Assembly: GCA_951406725.2 (NCBI GenBank)
Contig: OX597827.1
Location: 4,216,001-4,280,000 of the forward strand
From: Octopus vulgaris
Taxonomy: Eukaryota
DNA: 64,000 nt
Reading direction: 5' to 3'
Position numbers and translations under genes: made by a program. Positions 25,350-39,312 of the stretch are shown one piece after another (positions within the stretch are counted from its first letter, which is position 1; the number at the start of each line of letters is the position of its first letter). The notes below the pieces were generated by a model. The model was not told the origin of the DNA. It did no database searches and saw nothing but the letters and a program-made list of their open reading frames with translations.

Positions 25350-25777
25350 CTCTTACTCTTTTACTCTTTCACTCTTTTTACTCTTTTACTTGTTTCAGTC
25401 ATTTGACTGCGGCCATGCTGGAGCACCGCCTTTAGTCGAGCAAATCGACCCCGGGACTTATTCTTTGTAAGCCCAGTACTTATTCTATCGGTCTTTTTTG
25501 CCAAACCGCTAAGTGACGGGGACATAAACACACCAGCATCGGTTGTCAAGCAATGCTAGGGGGACAAACACAGACACACAAACATACATGCACATACATA
25601 TATATACATATATACAACGGGCTTCTTTCAGTTTCTGTCTAACAAATCCACTCACAAAGCTTTGGTCGGCCTGAGGCTATAGTAGAAGACATTTTCCCAA
25701 GGTGCCACGCAGTGGGACTGAACACTGAACCATGCGGTTGGTAAGCAAGCTACTTACCACACAGCCACTCCTGCGCC
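25350..25777 (-). mobile_element. Full-length octopus-type tRNA-derived SINE
   Basis: Reverse complement of 59666-60081, including the GGCGCAGGAGTGGCTGTGTGG head and (GTAAAAGA)n tail. Confidence 0.88.
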
Positions 25778-26866
25778 TATAAGGTTTAATTTTTAAAAAT
25801 TTAGTCTGGAAGAAATAGGTGTGCCTCTATCATTCACTGGCTTTTTTGTGACCAGTGAGATTAATGTGATTCATATTTTTCTTGGAAACTGTAAGATGAG
25901 GGCTGTCAGAAAACCATGAGCAAGGAAGGAATTCCAGAGAACTGGTGTCCTGTTAAGGAAGGGCTGGGAGAAAATTAGTTATTGCTGGGCCTGAATAGGT
26001 AGATGCAATATGGATAAATAGAAGAGTAAAGATAAATAAATGAGTCTGGAGGGGCCATGTGCATTTGGCATAGGATCAGCCAACTCTGGGAGTTAGATAC
26101 CACTGGAGTAGTGGGGAAACAGCATGTCTGTGGGTTGGCAATTGGCAGTTTTTGATGAGTGACTTCATGCCAATTAGTCAAAGGAATCAATCTATTATGT
26201 CTGTTATGTGTTGTAACAGCATCATTCCAGATGCTTTTACTGTATTTCATCGTGAATCTCTCTTGAAATTTGTAAGAGATTAAGGGATTTTGATGGCTGA
26301 AGTATTTTCTGGCCCTGAAACAGAAAAGTAGACTATATGATACAGTCTACATCTGAAATTGTTAGTAGAGGCTATTATTGCTAAGACCTAGCAGTTAGAG
26401 TGATCCTTTATGTTATACTTGTTTCAGCCTTTGGACTGCAGCCAGGCTGGGGCACCACCTTGAGGAAGGGACACTGTCTTGATGGTTAAAGTGGACAGAA
26501 TTTGTATTTCAAATTTTAATCGCCTGTGCTGCATATACTACATGTCATTCATTTCAGACCAGCTGCCAAATTCTAATACTGTATTTTCCTCAGGGATTGA
26601 GATAAAAGCTTTGTCCAAGGATACTACAAAGTAGTGTCTGAGAATAGACATAATGTAGTCAGTCCACTATTTTTCTGCATGGCCCTGTTTATATTAAGAA
26701 CAATAATATTGTTTTTATGTGTACAAGTGTACAAGCAAATGTCTTAGTATATGAATATGGAAGTATGTGTTTATATACATACAAATATACATACATACAC
26801 ATTTATATTTATGCGTGTGTGTCTGTGTGTGTGTGTGTGTGTACTTATGCATAATACATATATTCG

Positions 26867-26913
<47 letters not shown>

Positions 26914-27769
26914 ATATATATATATATATATATCTTTGTATCTATGATATATATGTTTATGATATATTATTTTTTGTAATTGTAATTGTATGTATTTCTG
27001 TCTGTTTCAGTGAGTTGGTGGGTGTATAGCTGCATGGGTGTGCATGTGTTGATGTGTGTGGATGTGTGTGGATGTGTGTGGATGTGTGTGGATGTGTGTG
27101 GATGTGTGTGTGAATGCACGTGAATATATCATAAAGGCATTACTCCGAGCTATTTTTGATAAGTTTGATGCATATGGATTGTTTTTCATCTGTCGACACA
27201 CTGTCCAAATATAAATGCTTCTATACTTGTACAAGTGACCAGTATCTGCATTTTTCTCCCTCTCCAATCGGAATTATTTCTCCTGAATCCATTATGAGAA
27301 ATTTTCGTTTTATTCTCGTGCTATGTTCAATGTTGTTGTAATCGAAAGGAATGAATGCATGAATCATATTTGTTATAAATGTTGCTCTCTTCTCTCTCTT
27401 GTGTTACTGGAAACGTCCGTCCATGTGGCGAGAGCGGTTCGAAATATGTTTGAGATCTATTCTTAGTACATTCTCATTCCTTCTTCCTCCTTCTCATCTT
27501 CTTCTTCCTCCTCCACCACCACCACCACCACCACCACCACCACCACCTCCGCCTGCTCCTACCCAGATGAAAACTTCAGTATGGATGAAGCAAAGAAGTA
27601 ACAACCATGGAATGTAATAATGGAATTATAACAGTGAAGATTAAAATGAGGATGGGGAGGTGGGGGGGGCAGGGGGGGGAGAAAACAGATAAAAAAAAAC
27701 AAACAATAAAATAATCACCAAATCTAATCTGATGGTAAACTCCTGCCTCCCCATCACCAACCACCTCTA

Positions 27770-28240
27770 CTATCAACCACCACCAACACCACCACCACCA
27801 CCACTACCATCTTCCTCCTGCACCTCATCCCTCATCATCATCATCATCATCATCATTATCATCATCATCAACATCATCATCATTGTTTTTTCCTTGTTAT
27901 CATCATCATTGTTTCCATCATCATTATTATCATCATCATCATCATCAGCATCATCTCCCTCACCACTGCCACCCCTTACCATCACCATCATTGTCGTCTT
28001 CATAATCATCATTATCATCATTATCGTCATCATCACAACCATCAGCAACAGCAGCAGCAGCAGCACCACCACCACCACCATCATCACTACTACTACCACC
28101 ACCAACACTACCACCACCACCACCATCACTACCTCCACTACAACAATCAACACCATTCATCACTGCTGCCACCACCACCACCACTTCCACCATCATTGCC
28201 ACCATTATCATCATCATCATCATCATCAACAACAACAGTT
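27770..28240. repeat. Compound (CAC)n/(CAT)n/(CAG)n low-complexity tract
   Basis: Direct reading. Confidence 0.9.
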
Positions 28241-28930
28241 GCAATGACAAATACAAACACTGCAGATACAAAAGAAGTAAAACAAAAGTCCAATTCCGCT
28301 GCAAAAAAAAACAAAAAAACCTACCCACAGACCCCTCTCTCGTAATTAAATACACATTTAAATTAAAGCAACACAGTTATTCAATGACACAGTTACTAGA
28401 GTTAAAATAGAACTAAGACTGGCAAAAATGCATTAACTGGGTTTATGTACACATAATTCTTAATACACACTGACATATCTTTTGTTTAAATTTCTGGGGC
28501 TTTCTTTTTTTTTAATATTCATTATTTCATTCTAGAAAGGGTGGGATAGGTGTGTCAATGCTGGCATTTATATGTTGTTTGGTGCAAGTTTTCTTTTTTT
28601 GTTTTCTTACTATTACCTTATAGCCCCAGGCTGACGAAAGCCTTCTGACTGGGTTCGATGGGCAGGAAATGAAAGAAGCCCCTCATATGTGCGCGCATGT
28701 GTGCGTGTGTGTGTGAGAGTGTGTGTGTGTGTGTACAGACATACATACGTACATACACACACACACACATACACATGCACACACATACACACATATAGTA
28801 GATGGTTTGTTATGACTGGTCAAAGAGAGACCAATGTTTTTATACCTAAAGCATTTAGCTGTATAGGTGTGAAACCAATGGTAGCTTCTTTTTCGAATAT
28901 ATGAACTACTGATGATATGTATGTATCTCA

Positions 28931-30500
28931 TTATTCAGCTTTATTTCAAGATTTCTTGTCAATAGAGAAAGAGCCAGTTTGTAACTTAGATCCAAGGCTC
29001 CTTCACTGGAATTTCAATAGCATCAACAGGGTATTCTTGATTGTATGTACGTAGGTATATGTGCAGATTTGTATGCTTTGTTTTATGTATGTCTTCTCAT
29101 GCATATAGTTGCATGTCTAGTCATGCTCATATACACTTAAATGATAAACTTCTGGAAAGTTTTATAGATTTTTAGTTCCAGTGATGTCTTGGATCTGTAG
29201 TCTTTGAATCAACTTTCCCCTTTCTGATTTTCAGAAGCCTAATTTCTCAAGATTGCTTCTTAGGCATTATGTTACATATCCCAGTACTTCAATAATTACA
29301 AGTATAAACCTGAATTTGTAATCTGGATAGAGTAATTGTAGTTTCTCAATAGTTCAGTGTAGGTATTTTTTTTTTTTGCTAATCTCTAGCTTTAAGTTAA
29401 CATCTGTTGAATAGCTGATTTTCACAACTGTACAGTTTCCATTCTCTATCCCTAATCACTATGTCAGGCCTATTATATTTTCATTTTATTGAGCTTTACA
29501 CTCAGGCATTCCATCAATACTCCCTTTTTATTATAAATGACTATGGTTTCTACCATACTGTGGGCTTTTATTTCTTTGGCCTCAGGGTTATCCTTACGAT
29601 GGATCTCATTATACAGTGTTTTAGCTACAAAATCATGCATCATTGGTAGATAATAGTGTGATGACATTTTTGGACAACTGCTTATGGTGTGAGTAATATC
29701 TTCAGTGTTAACTTTACAAAGTCTGCATCGGTTGACACATTTTGCTGCCTTTCCTGCCTCTTTATCCCTTCTGAGCATCAGGTATTTGGTTGATATTTCC
29801 TATTCCTGGATTGCAAATGCATACTCTTTAAAGTGGGAGTTAGACTGCTTTGATGATCAATATTACGATCATCCTGGAGCTTTCTAACAACATATCCATG
29901 CAAAGTCTTCTGCTGATATACGCTTATCCTTTCAGCTGATGATATGTTTTGGTAGAGCCATGCAACTTTCTTTGGGCATGTATTTAATGTTATCAACAAG
30001 GAATGCTGCTCAGGGAGCTGCTTTCTAAATCTAATGATGTTATCAGTCTCATGTATGCAAACTCGGTCAAGGGATGCACTTCGACATTTGCTGGTTAAAA
30101 GATGTTGCTGAAGGGATATGATATGACATTCAAAGGAAGTCTGGATCGATGTTAAGCCACTGCCCCCTTGCTTTTTTTAGGTAGAAGCAATCTACGTCAT
30201 TGCTGATGTAGAAATTACATGTGCTGATAAGTATCTTCTGGCTTCACAGATCTCATCAACTGTCCAATCAAGTAACCCAAATGTTGGTATGAGTACTGGC
30301 ACTGCAAGCACATTGTGGGCCATTGTTTCATTAAATACAGAAAGTTCTGAGGTCTATGTTTTCTTTATTCAGCTGTAATATTCTTTAACGATGTGTTTTG
30401 AAACAGGTGCCATTGTAAGATATGTTTTCATCCACCCCTAGATACCTGTAACATTGCTCATCAGATATAAGGGAAACAGTTAACTCATTGACAGAAGTGT
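28931..30500 (-). mobile_element. Decayed R4/Dong-like non-LTR retrotransposon (RT end, CCHC knuckle, restriction-like endonuclease, 3' UTR)
   Basis: Minus-strand YRYLGVDENISY (~30430) and CRLCKVNTEDITHTISSC...HDFVAK (ORF 29473-29778). Homologous to the cleaner copy at 54108-54560. Confidence 0.82.
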
Positions 30501-31310
30501 TGCTAATCTGGTTTTGAATATATTTTTTCACTAGCATTTATCTCTCCATTTTACTATTAATTCAATCTAGTATAAAAATCAAAGAAATGTTTAATTTTCT
30601 ATTAGGTTGACTGGAGCAAATTATTTTCATATTCTTTGGCTGGTGGCAGAGTTTGGTATTCTGAATTACAGGACAAAATCTTGTAAAACTTCACTATGTT
30701 GTCAATATAACATCAAAAACACTTGGTCACCCATGCATGTCCAAGCACAATTCTAAATACATACAGTTTGACTCTTTTACTTGTCTCAGTCACTGGACTG
30801 TGACCATACCAGGACCCCACCTTGAAAGGTTTAGTCAATTAAATCAACTTCTTAATGTAGTGCTCCTTTGTTCTCTTTTTGCTGGACCACTAAGTTATAG
30901 GGATGCAAAAATCAATTGCACTTTTCAATCATTGGTGAGAGAAATACAAATATGCACACTCACAGCAATACACATGCACTCATGCACACACTGAAACACA
31001 TATAAATATGTGTGTGTGTGTGTGTTTGAATGCATTTATATATATATGTAAATATATATGTATACATAGAGATTAATGATAGAAAATGGAACAGGCAACA
31101 TTCTTGACTTAAAATTACCACAATTGTTTTGATGCATTTTTTACTCTTTCAGGGCATTTTGGGGTACTCAGAATATGAGTATATGTATATTTTTAATTAT
31201 ATTTAGCAGAAGCCACAGGGTGCTTCAAGGTCTGAGAGTTTTGTGCACTTTGGTAAGTGCCAATGCATGAGACCCTGTGACCTTACTTCTGCTACTAAAT
31301 ATTAATAAAA

Positions 31311-31350
<40 letters not shown>

Positions 31351-31399
31351 GTGTATGTGTGTGTAATGTGTGTGTTTGAATTCCTGGCATTTGTCACAA

Positions 31400-31810
31400 A
31401 TGACAGGTGTAGTGTTTGATTATGGTCAACTCATGCTTATACACTGGTCAACATTAAAGAATGATGACCAGTGTATAACCACTTTATAGCATGGACTAGG
31501 GAGGATATTATCCTACCACAAGCACTAAAGATGAGCTCAGGGTAAAACTATGCGTAAGCAGAGTAAGATGTAGTGTATAAGAGAAATAGGAAAGCATTGA
31601 TAGTTATGGCCATGTAATGCTTAACGCAGCTGTGTTTAAGAAGCGCTAAGAAATACATGTGAAGAGAAAACAGTTGAAAAGGAAGACCAAGAAAGACATG
31701 GACAAAAGTGGAAAAAGTTGATCTTGGGATGCTGAACTACATAAAGGAGATAAGAAAGGGATGCAACAAGTGATGGGTCATTGTGGAGGAGATGATCCTT
31801 CCAACTCATG
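31400..31810 (+). mobile_element. Old RTE-like LINE C-terminal fragment
   Basis: YGHVM-like and GRPRKTW motifs (GGAAGACCAAGAAAGACATGG at 31681). Confidence 0.5.
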
Positions 31811-32366
31811 CAAAAAGATCTCAAATTTTATTTGATTTGCTTTTCGCAGGAAGGAAAGTTTCTTTTGAAGATACGTCTCGCCTTCATCTTCGAAACGTAG
31901 AGTAAATGAAACCATGGTGACTGAAGAAGGGGTTTTTTCCTTGTGTTATTTGTCCTGTACTCTATTTTTTTGCTCTTTAAGAAAAATGTCCAGTTCCTTG
32001 GGTTTGTGTCTATGTTTTCGTTTCTCATTGTGTACGACGTTTTTTTGGTGTCCTGTACTCATATATGCATGTATATATACATGTAGAGGTAGATACGTAC
32101 ATATATGTATATATATATGCATATGTTTCATTTATTAATATATATATATATATATATATAGGCATTATATCTCTGTATAAATGTATATGAGGAATAAATT
32201 ATCTTGCTGATAATATCTGTGTGAAATATATTAAGTTAGTGTTAAAATATTAAATGAATGAGCATTGTGTGTATACATGCAAAAACACGTATATTATGTG
32301 TATAAACATATACATACACACACTCATACATAAATATACATACATATGTATAATATCTATCTATCT

Positions 32367-32497
<131 letters not shown>

Positions 32498-32637
32498 ATG
32501 TATGTATATATGTATATATTGGGAGAGAAATATGTAGGCTATGAGTTTAAGTTATGGGGTTACACACCAGGTTGCAATCTTACAACTAATTCAGTTCAAA
32601 TGAATAATCACATGCTTTAATGCATAGGAAGATAGAT

Positions 32638-32694
<57 letters not shown>

Positions 32695-33339
32695 GCACAC
32701 ACACACATATATATGGATGGATAGATAGAAAGACAGATAGATCAGAAAAGCAAGCTGGAGAGAGGAAAAGAGAATGAGGAGGTAGAGTAATGGGTGTATG
32801 TGTAGGTAGGCTGGTATGTGTGAGTACAAATTTGCAATCCTTTCAACATAATATAATAACCGCATTGTTTGATGAAAGTTTGATACAGAAAATATATTGA
32901 CAAGCAGTCTTGATACATTGTTATTAGTACAACAATAGGTGGCAGTGTACTGACACAAAGCTTAGAATATCAGACAAAATGTCTTGTGGTATTTGGTTAT
33001 GGCAAACTATGTTCTGAGTTCAAATACTGCCAAAGTCGATTTTGCTTTTCATCCTTTTGGACACAATTAAAAAAATAACCAGCCAAACACTGAGATCAAT
33101 GTAATTGACTATACGTCCCTCATTCCTTAATATCTAGCCTTCTGCTCATTTTAGAAGAGTTTTTATTGGGCACAAGCATAGCTGAATGTCTTACGTCCCA
33201 AACATACAACCTTGAGTTCAGTCCCACTGTAAAGTACCTTGGTCAAATGACTTCTAATAAAGCTCTGGGCTAACCAAAACATTTTGAGCAAATTTGATAT
33301 CTGGAAACTGAAGAAGCTTGTCATATGTATGAATATATA

Positions 33340-33790
33340 CAAGGTGTGGTGAGTAAACTGCTGTCTAAATTACGCAAAAGGAAAATGACACTGACATCTC
33401 ATTTTAACAGATATATTTACCAAAATTACATAAAAATGTCTTGAAATACTAAAGAGTAAATTTATTCAATAAAATCGCCATTGGCTTCAACCTTGGCCTC
33501 CAGACGACTTTGGAATCTTTTGCAACTCTTCTGGATTGTCTCCTTGTTTAAGTTGGTGAATGCTGTCATAATCCTTGCCTTCAGTTTATATTTGGTGTTA
33601 CAAGGAGTTCTGGTGGTCTCTCACTCAACTGCACCCCAAACACAATCAAGGGGTAGCAGTATGGTGGCCAGATGTTAGGGGTGGTATGGTCGCAGAAACT
33701 GTTTGATGGCCATGACTGGGCTCTCCTGCTTGTGTGGCATGGTGCTGAGTCCTGTTGCCAGACACAGGGTCTTCCAGCAGCCACCCTAAG
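33340..33790 (-). mobile_element. DD37D (maT-like) Tc1/mariner-superfamily transposase relic, 3' part
   Basis: ORF 33581-33784 reads GRPCVWQQDSAPCHT...NIWPP; homologous to 40480-41075. Confidence 0.78.
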
Positions 33791-34008
33791 TTTAGTGGTG
33801 TAACACTTGGAAAGACAAATTTACATATTAAATACATTCCTGCCAACTGGTATGTAAATATTAATGGCTAGAAGAACATGGTATTAAATTTTACAAGTCA
33901 ATATTGTGCCTTTGACAGCTAACACAAAAGTAAGGTACAATATTGATGCATTCATGGATTGTTGATGGGCTAGATATGGTACTGATGAAAAAGCTATAAC
34001 TTGAAGTA

Positions 34009-34610
34009 CAGTAACCCCTTGCCATATTGTGGTTCACCTATCACGGTTCACCTATCATGGTTTATTATTTACTAGGACTATGACCCGGCAACGCCGGGTC
34101 ATAGTGTTAGTGCATGCATATAGAGCTGCATGCATGCGCACATACATGTGAGTACTGTCCAAATCTCTGACCAATCACATACAGCTAGCTGGCATTCAAT
34201 TGCCGTATCAAGTTTCGGGCATTTTGATTAGGTTTTGGTTAGAAAATTCACACAAAAGTCACTTCTATTGATTTTTTAATGGCTTTGCGGGGTGACTGGG
34301 GAAATGTAAAGATGTGCATGACCACCCTTGGACAGTTTTGAATGACCATAGAAAGTGCAAGCCCTCTTACTGAAAAATTGTGGATTTGTATAAAGGACAC
34401 ACACACAGACATTTTGCCATTTATAAATATAGAGAAGCTTACACCAATCCCTCCATGGTGTTGTTTTGTATTTATAATAAAATAAATATATACAAATTAT
34501 AAAAATAATAAAAGAAATATATGCAGTACAGTGCTGTTTCTACTTTGTGGATTTTCAGCTATCACAGGGAGTTTTGGAACATAACACTTGTGATAGTCGA
34601 GGGATTACTG
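34009..34610. mobile_element. Tigger/pogo-like MITE hosting a Helitron insertion
   Basis: TA|CAGTAACCCCT ... AGGGATTACTG|TA terminal inverted repeats with TA duplication. Confidence 0.72.
34072..34435 (-). mobile_element. Non-autonomous Helitron, copy 2 (intact ends)
   Basis: The minus strand begins TCTCTATATTTATAAATGGC and ends with the hairpin CTATGACCCGGC-GTT-GCCGGGTCATAG followed by TCCTAG|T (canonical 5'-TC, 3'-CTAG). Confidence 0.85.
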
Positions 34611-35006
34611 TATACATATACACACCTATTTTTTCTATCTTTGCTTGCATCGTCTACATAAACACTTCCATATACAAAATATCATAACTTTCAGTCTGAA
34701 TTCAAGGGAATATTGCAATCTCAGTCATTTATACGCCATAGAAGCCATGTAACCAGCTTTATGAATCCTGAGGTTCAAGAAATTTTTTTACAAAGTGTAG
34801 TTGTGAGCAGAAATAGACACCCTCTCATCCCACCCATCCAGTGGAATACTGAGGATGTGAGAAATTGAGGTGAGGGAGCTGCACTACCCCTAGGTTATTA
34901 CTCATTTTCAGCTGGGTAGACTGAAGTGAGACGAAATTACGTGTCTCACTCGATGACGCAATGTGCCACCCAATCTAGAAATCGAATTCACAGAGCTCAA
35001 CACACT

Positions 35007-35514
35007 GACCATAAGACCAAGACCACAAGACCACAAGACCATTAGACCATAAGACCACAAGACCATAAGACCATAAGACCATAAGACCACAAGACCACAA
35101 GACCATAAGACCACAAGACCATAAGACCACAAGACCACAAGACCATAAGACAATAAGAGCACAAGACCACAAGACCATAAGACCATAAGACCACAAGACC
35201 ACAAGACCATAAGACCATAAGACCATAAGACCACAAGACCACAAGACCATAAGACCATAAGACCACATGACCATAAGACCATAAGACCACAAGACCACAA
35301 GACCATAAGACCATAAGACCACAAGACCATAAGACCATAAGACCATAAGACCACAAGACCACAAGACCATAAGACCATAAGACCACAAGACCACAAGACC
35401 ATAAGACAATAAGAGCACAAGACCACAAGACCATAAGACCATAAGACCATAAGACCACAAGACCACAAGACCATAAGACCATAAGACCACAAGACCATAA
35501 GACCAAGACCACAT
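35007..35514. repeat. Tandem array of ~64 8-bp units, GACCA(C/T)AA
   Basis: Parsed unit by unit; two main variants are interspersed. The array explains the three LVVLWS-type ORFs. Confidence 0.95.
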
Positions 35515-36312
35515 ACCTATTATTGCAAGTTTAACACTAAATTCAGAAAAGTTCCATGTAAACCTGATAACAGTATGCTTGTGTAGAGTTTTATATATCT
35601 GTCTCCATCACAGTATGTGTGTGCGCATGTGCATGCACGTGTGTGTGTGTGTGCGTGTGTGTGCATGCGTGTGCATGCGTGTGTGTGTGCGTGTGTGTGA
35701 TAGGAGTTGATTAGTGCAAAAGTAATTAGGAATTTAAGAAAACAGTATAGCTGCTGGGAAGAAATTAAGTAAAATTTTTATTACAAACAACAAAAAAATC
35801 TTTTAATGAAATTACTATTTGCAATATCGGGAAGATTTTTGCTTTCCTAACAAGATAATTGTCTATTAAAGTTGGAGCTAAGGAATAATTATGGAAAAAG
35901 GTGCAGAGAGAATTTTCTGATTTTCATTCCTTTAGATTTTTTCTATAACTATTTAATTCTTATTTTATTCTTCATGGCAATTGGTAACTAACAGCGCCAT
36001 TAGTTACAGGTTCATTTTATTTCTCACTGGTTCACTGGTCACAGGTTCACTTTATTTCTCACTGTGAGAGTAACCAGGGAGTGTCTGTAATCTGATGCAG
36101 AACAAATACCACAAATCTTCAATTCAAGGAGCACCAACTTTTCAGTGTTCTTCATGATGTTTGCATCCTTTCGCAATGTACATTAGCAAAAGATATTATT
36201 TATAATACATGTATGTAGGTAGGATTATTATTATTATAAACATACATACATATACATACACATACATACATATATATCGTTTAATGTCCGCTTTCCATGC
36301 TAGCATGGGTTG

Positions 36313-36357
<45 letters not shown>

Positions 36358-36396
36358 TTTCCCTCCTTGTTTCTCTCCTTGTTTTTTTTCTGTGTA

Positions 36397-36434
36397 TCTT
36401 TCTGTCGAAGAGCGTAGGCTCGAAACATAAAAGA
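36397..36434 (+). ncRNA. Degenerate minimal hammerhead-like motif in a Penelope-type repeat fragment
   Basis: TCTTT-CTGTCGA-A-GAGC(GTAG)GCTC-GAAAC-ATA-AAAGA: stems I and II pair, but the core and cleavage triplet are mutated. Confidence 0.45.
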
Positions 36435-36808
36435 CTTTTTCTATTCCTGAGCATTATACTAATACATCCGTTTGTTTGTACTCCACTTGCCTTCGTCTTT
36501 TGCTTATTTTCGTAAACTTTCCCTTCATATATATATATATATAGTTATATAGTTATACATACAGGTAAATACACATGTACACATGAACACATGTGATCAT
36601 TTTGACAATCTCATAACTGGTACACTATGCACCTGTATGGGGAAATGTCAATTTGAAAGAGAAAGTGAGCTCTTGTAGAGTAGAAGAATTTGATCACTAT
36701 AAACAAATCCTCTGTACATGTTGTTCAACAAGGAATTGTGGAAGCATTTTTCTCAAACTCAATAGACTCCAGCACAGTTAAATGATTGAAACAAGTAAAA
36801 GAATAAAA

Positions 36809-36848
<40 letters not shown>

Positions 36849-37112
36849 TATAAATATATGCGTATATACATACATATATGTACATACCTACATATATATG
36901 TATATATACATGCACATATGGGTACAGGACATAAAAAACGTCAACAAAATGAGAAACAAAAATATGAAACACATAAATATAGAAAATGAACTTTTTTTGA
37001 ACAACGAAAGAAGCAAATAGAGAAATCAGACAGGTAACATAAAGAACATTCCCTTCATCAGTTGTCCCCTGTTTTATCTACTCCGCATTTTGAATACATA
37101 TATATATACATA

Positions 37113-37154
<42 letters not shown>

Positions 37155-37155
37155 A

Positions 37156-37221
<66 letters not shown>

Positions 37222-37222
37222 C

Positions 37223-37267
<45 letters not shown>

Positions 37268-39312
37268 CATGCATAATACACAGACATGCAAGGCCTTCAT
37301 ACACACACACACACTCACACAATGTGTGTATGTATGTGTGTGTGCGTGTGTGTGAGTGTGTGTGTATGAAAGCCTTCTCCATGGCTTCCATTTATCAAAT
37401 TCTACTCATAGGACAATTAGCCAATATATTATACACTGAAATCGAACCCAGGACATTGTGCAAAGAAAATTTCTTAACACTACAGCTATTCCTAAAATGT
37501 TAATCAATGCATTGTACTTTTCCCATTCAAAGCATAAATCTTTCACATAAGGACGTGGATATCAGCCTGCTTACATCTGTAAATTTCATGGAGTCACCTA
37601 ATTTTACCAATGACAGCAAAACGAAATGTGTCAAAATCTTTCTGCAGCCTTAGTGCAGTATCTCTATGCAGTACACGTGCTGCTATTAGCCTGAGCCTCC
37701 TGTCTTTCAATTTCATAATTAATACAGTATATTATTGTAAAGATTGTTGATATCAGGAAGAGCATCTGGTAGTGATAAAAAAGAAAACAAAAATGCTATG
37801 CTTCTGTGATTCTAATGAGGAGCGGGAAATTTCCAGTTTTATTTCATTCCTAGGCACATGCAAGGCTGTATTGATATGATAATCACAGGCATAACTCTTA
37901 GAATAAGAAGCTCACTTTTTTAAACCAAGTGTCTTTAGGTTCAGTTCCATTGCACAGCACCAAGGGCAAATGAATTCCACTGTGGCCTATCGATGCCTTG
38001 TGAGCAGACTTGGTAGACATAAACTGTATGGAAGCCTGTTATACATACATATATACAGATATGTATAGACATACACACACATGTATGTATGTATGTATGT
38101 ATGTATGTATGTATGTATGTATGTGTGTATGTATGTATGTATGTATGTATGTATGTATGTATGTATGGATGGATGGATGGATGGATGGATGAATGGATGT
38201 ATTTATGGATGTATTTATGGATGTATGTATGTATGTATGTATGTATGAATGTATGGATGGATGGATGAATGGATGTATATATGCATGCATGTATGTATGT
38301 ATGTATGTATGTATGTATGGATGGATGGATGGATGTATGTATGTATGTGTGTGTGTGTATGTATGTATATAAAGGAGTCTAGCTAGACAGACAGACAGAC
38401 AGACAGAGAGACAGGCAGACAGATAGATAGATATATGTGTATCATTGTGTTTGTCTCCCACCACCACCACCACCACCACATGGCAACCAGTAGTGGATTA
38501 CTTATGTGCTCGTGACTTAGTGGTTTGGCAAAAGAGACCGATAGAATAAATACCTGATTAACAAAAAAAAATAAGTACTGGAGTAAATTTGTGTGAGTGA
38601 AACCTTCAAAGCAATGCTCCAGCAGAGGCACAGTCCAATGACTGAAGCAAGAAAAAGAATACATGATAGAAGATTCAAACGACAAGTATTTTTCCATCTA
38701 TATTTCCTGTATTTGTTGAGATAAACTGGAAGAGATTGCAGAAGCCCTTTCAGGCATTTAAGGGATTGAAAGATGCATCCAGATGGGAGAGGACAACAGA
38801 GTAGCAGAGAGTTTGTCTGTGGAGCTATCTGTTGTCTTTTGTCTTTTACTTGTTTCAGTCATTGGACTGTGGCCATGCTGGGGCACCACCTTTGAAGAAT
38901 TTTTTTTTATTGAATGAATCGACATCAGTACTTTTATTTTTGCTTTTTAAAGCCTGATACTTATTTTATTGGTGGCTTTTGCTGAACTGCTAAGTTACGT
39001 GTATGTAAGCACATCAACACCAGTTCTTAAGTCGTGGTGAAGGACAAACACAGACACAAAGACACACACATGGTGAGCTTCTTTTCAGTTTCCATCTACC
39101 AAATACACTCATATATATATATATATATATATTTTTTTTTGCTGAGATGCAGTACGGACTTTGTCAGTGAACAGGTCGCGGATTTTAGCGCCGAAAATAT
39201 TTTGACAAATTAAACTTAAATGTTGAAGTGAACTGAACGGCTTTTGTGTGTTTCTTAAATGGCTTATAAACACCTTCCACGCTGCAATTGTATATATATA
39301 TATATATATATA

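Noticed and set aside
25800-26400. Possible decayed LINE endonuclease region
   Set aside because: Motif resemblance is too weak to call.
34908-35514. Three long LVVLWSYG-repeat ORFs that look like a repetitive membrane protein
   Set aside because: All three minus frames are open because the 8-bp unit has no stop on that strand; there is no splice or domain evidence.
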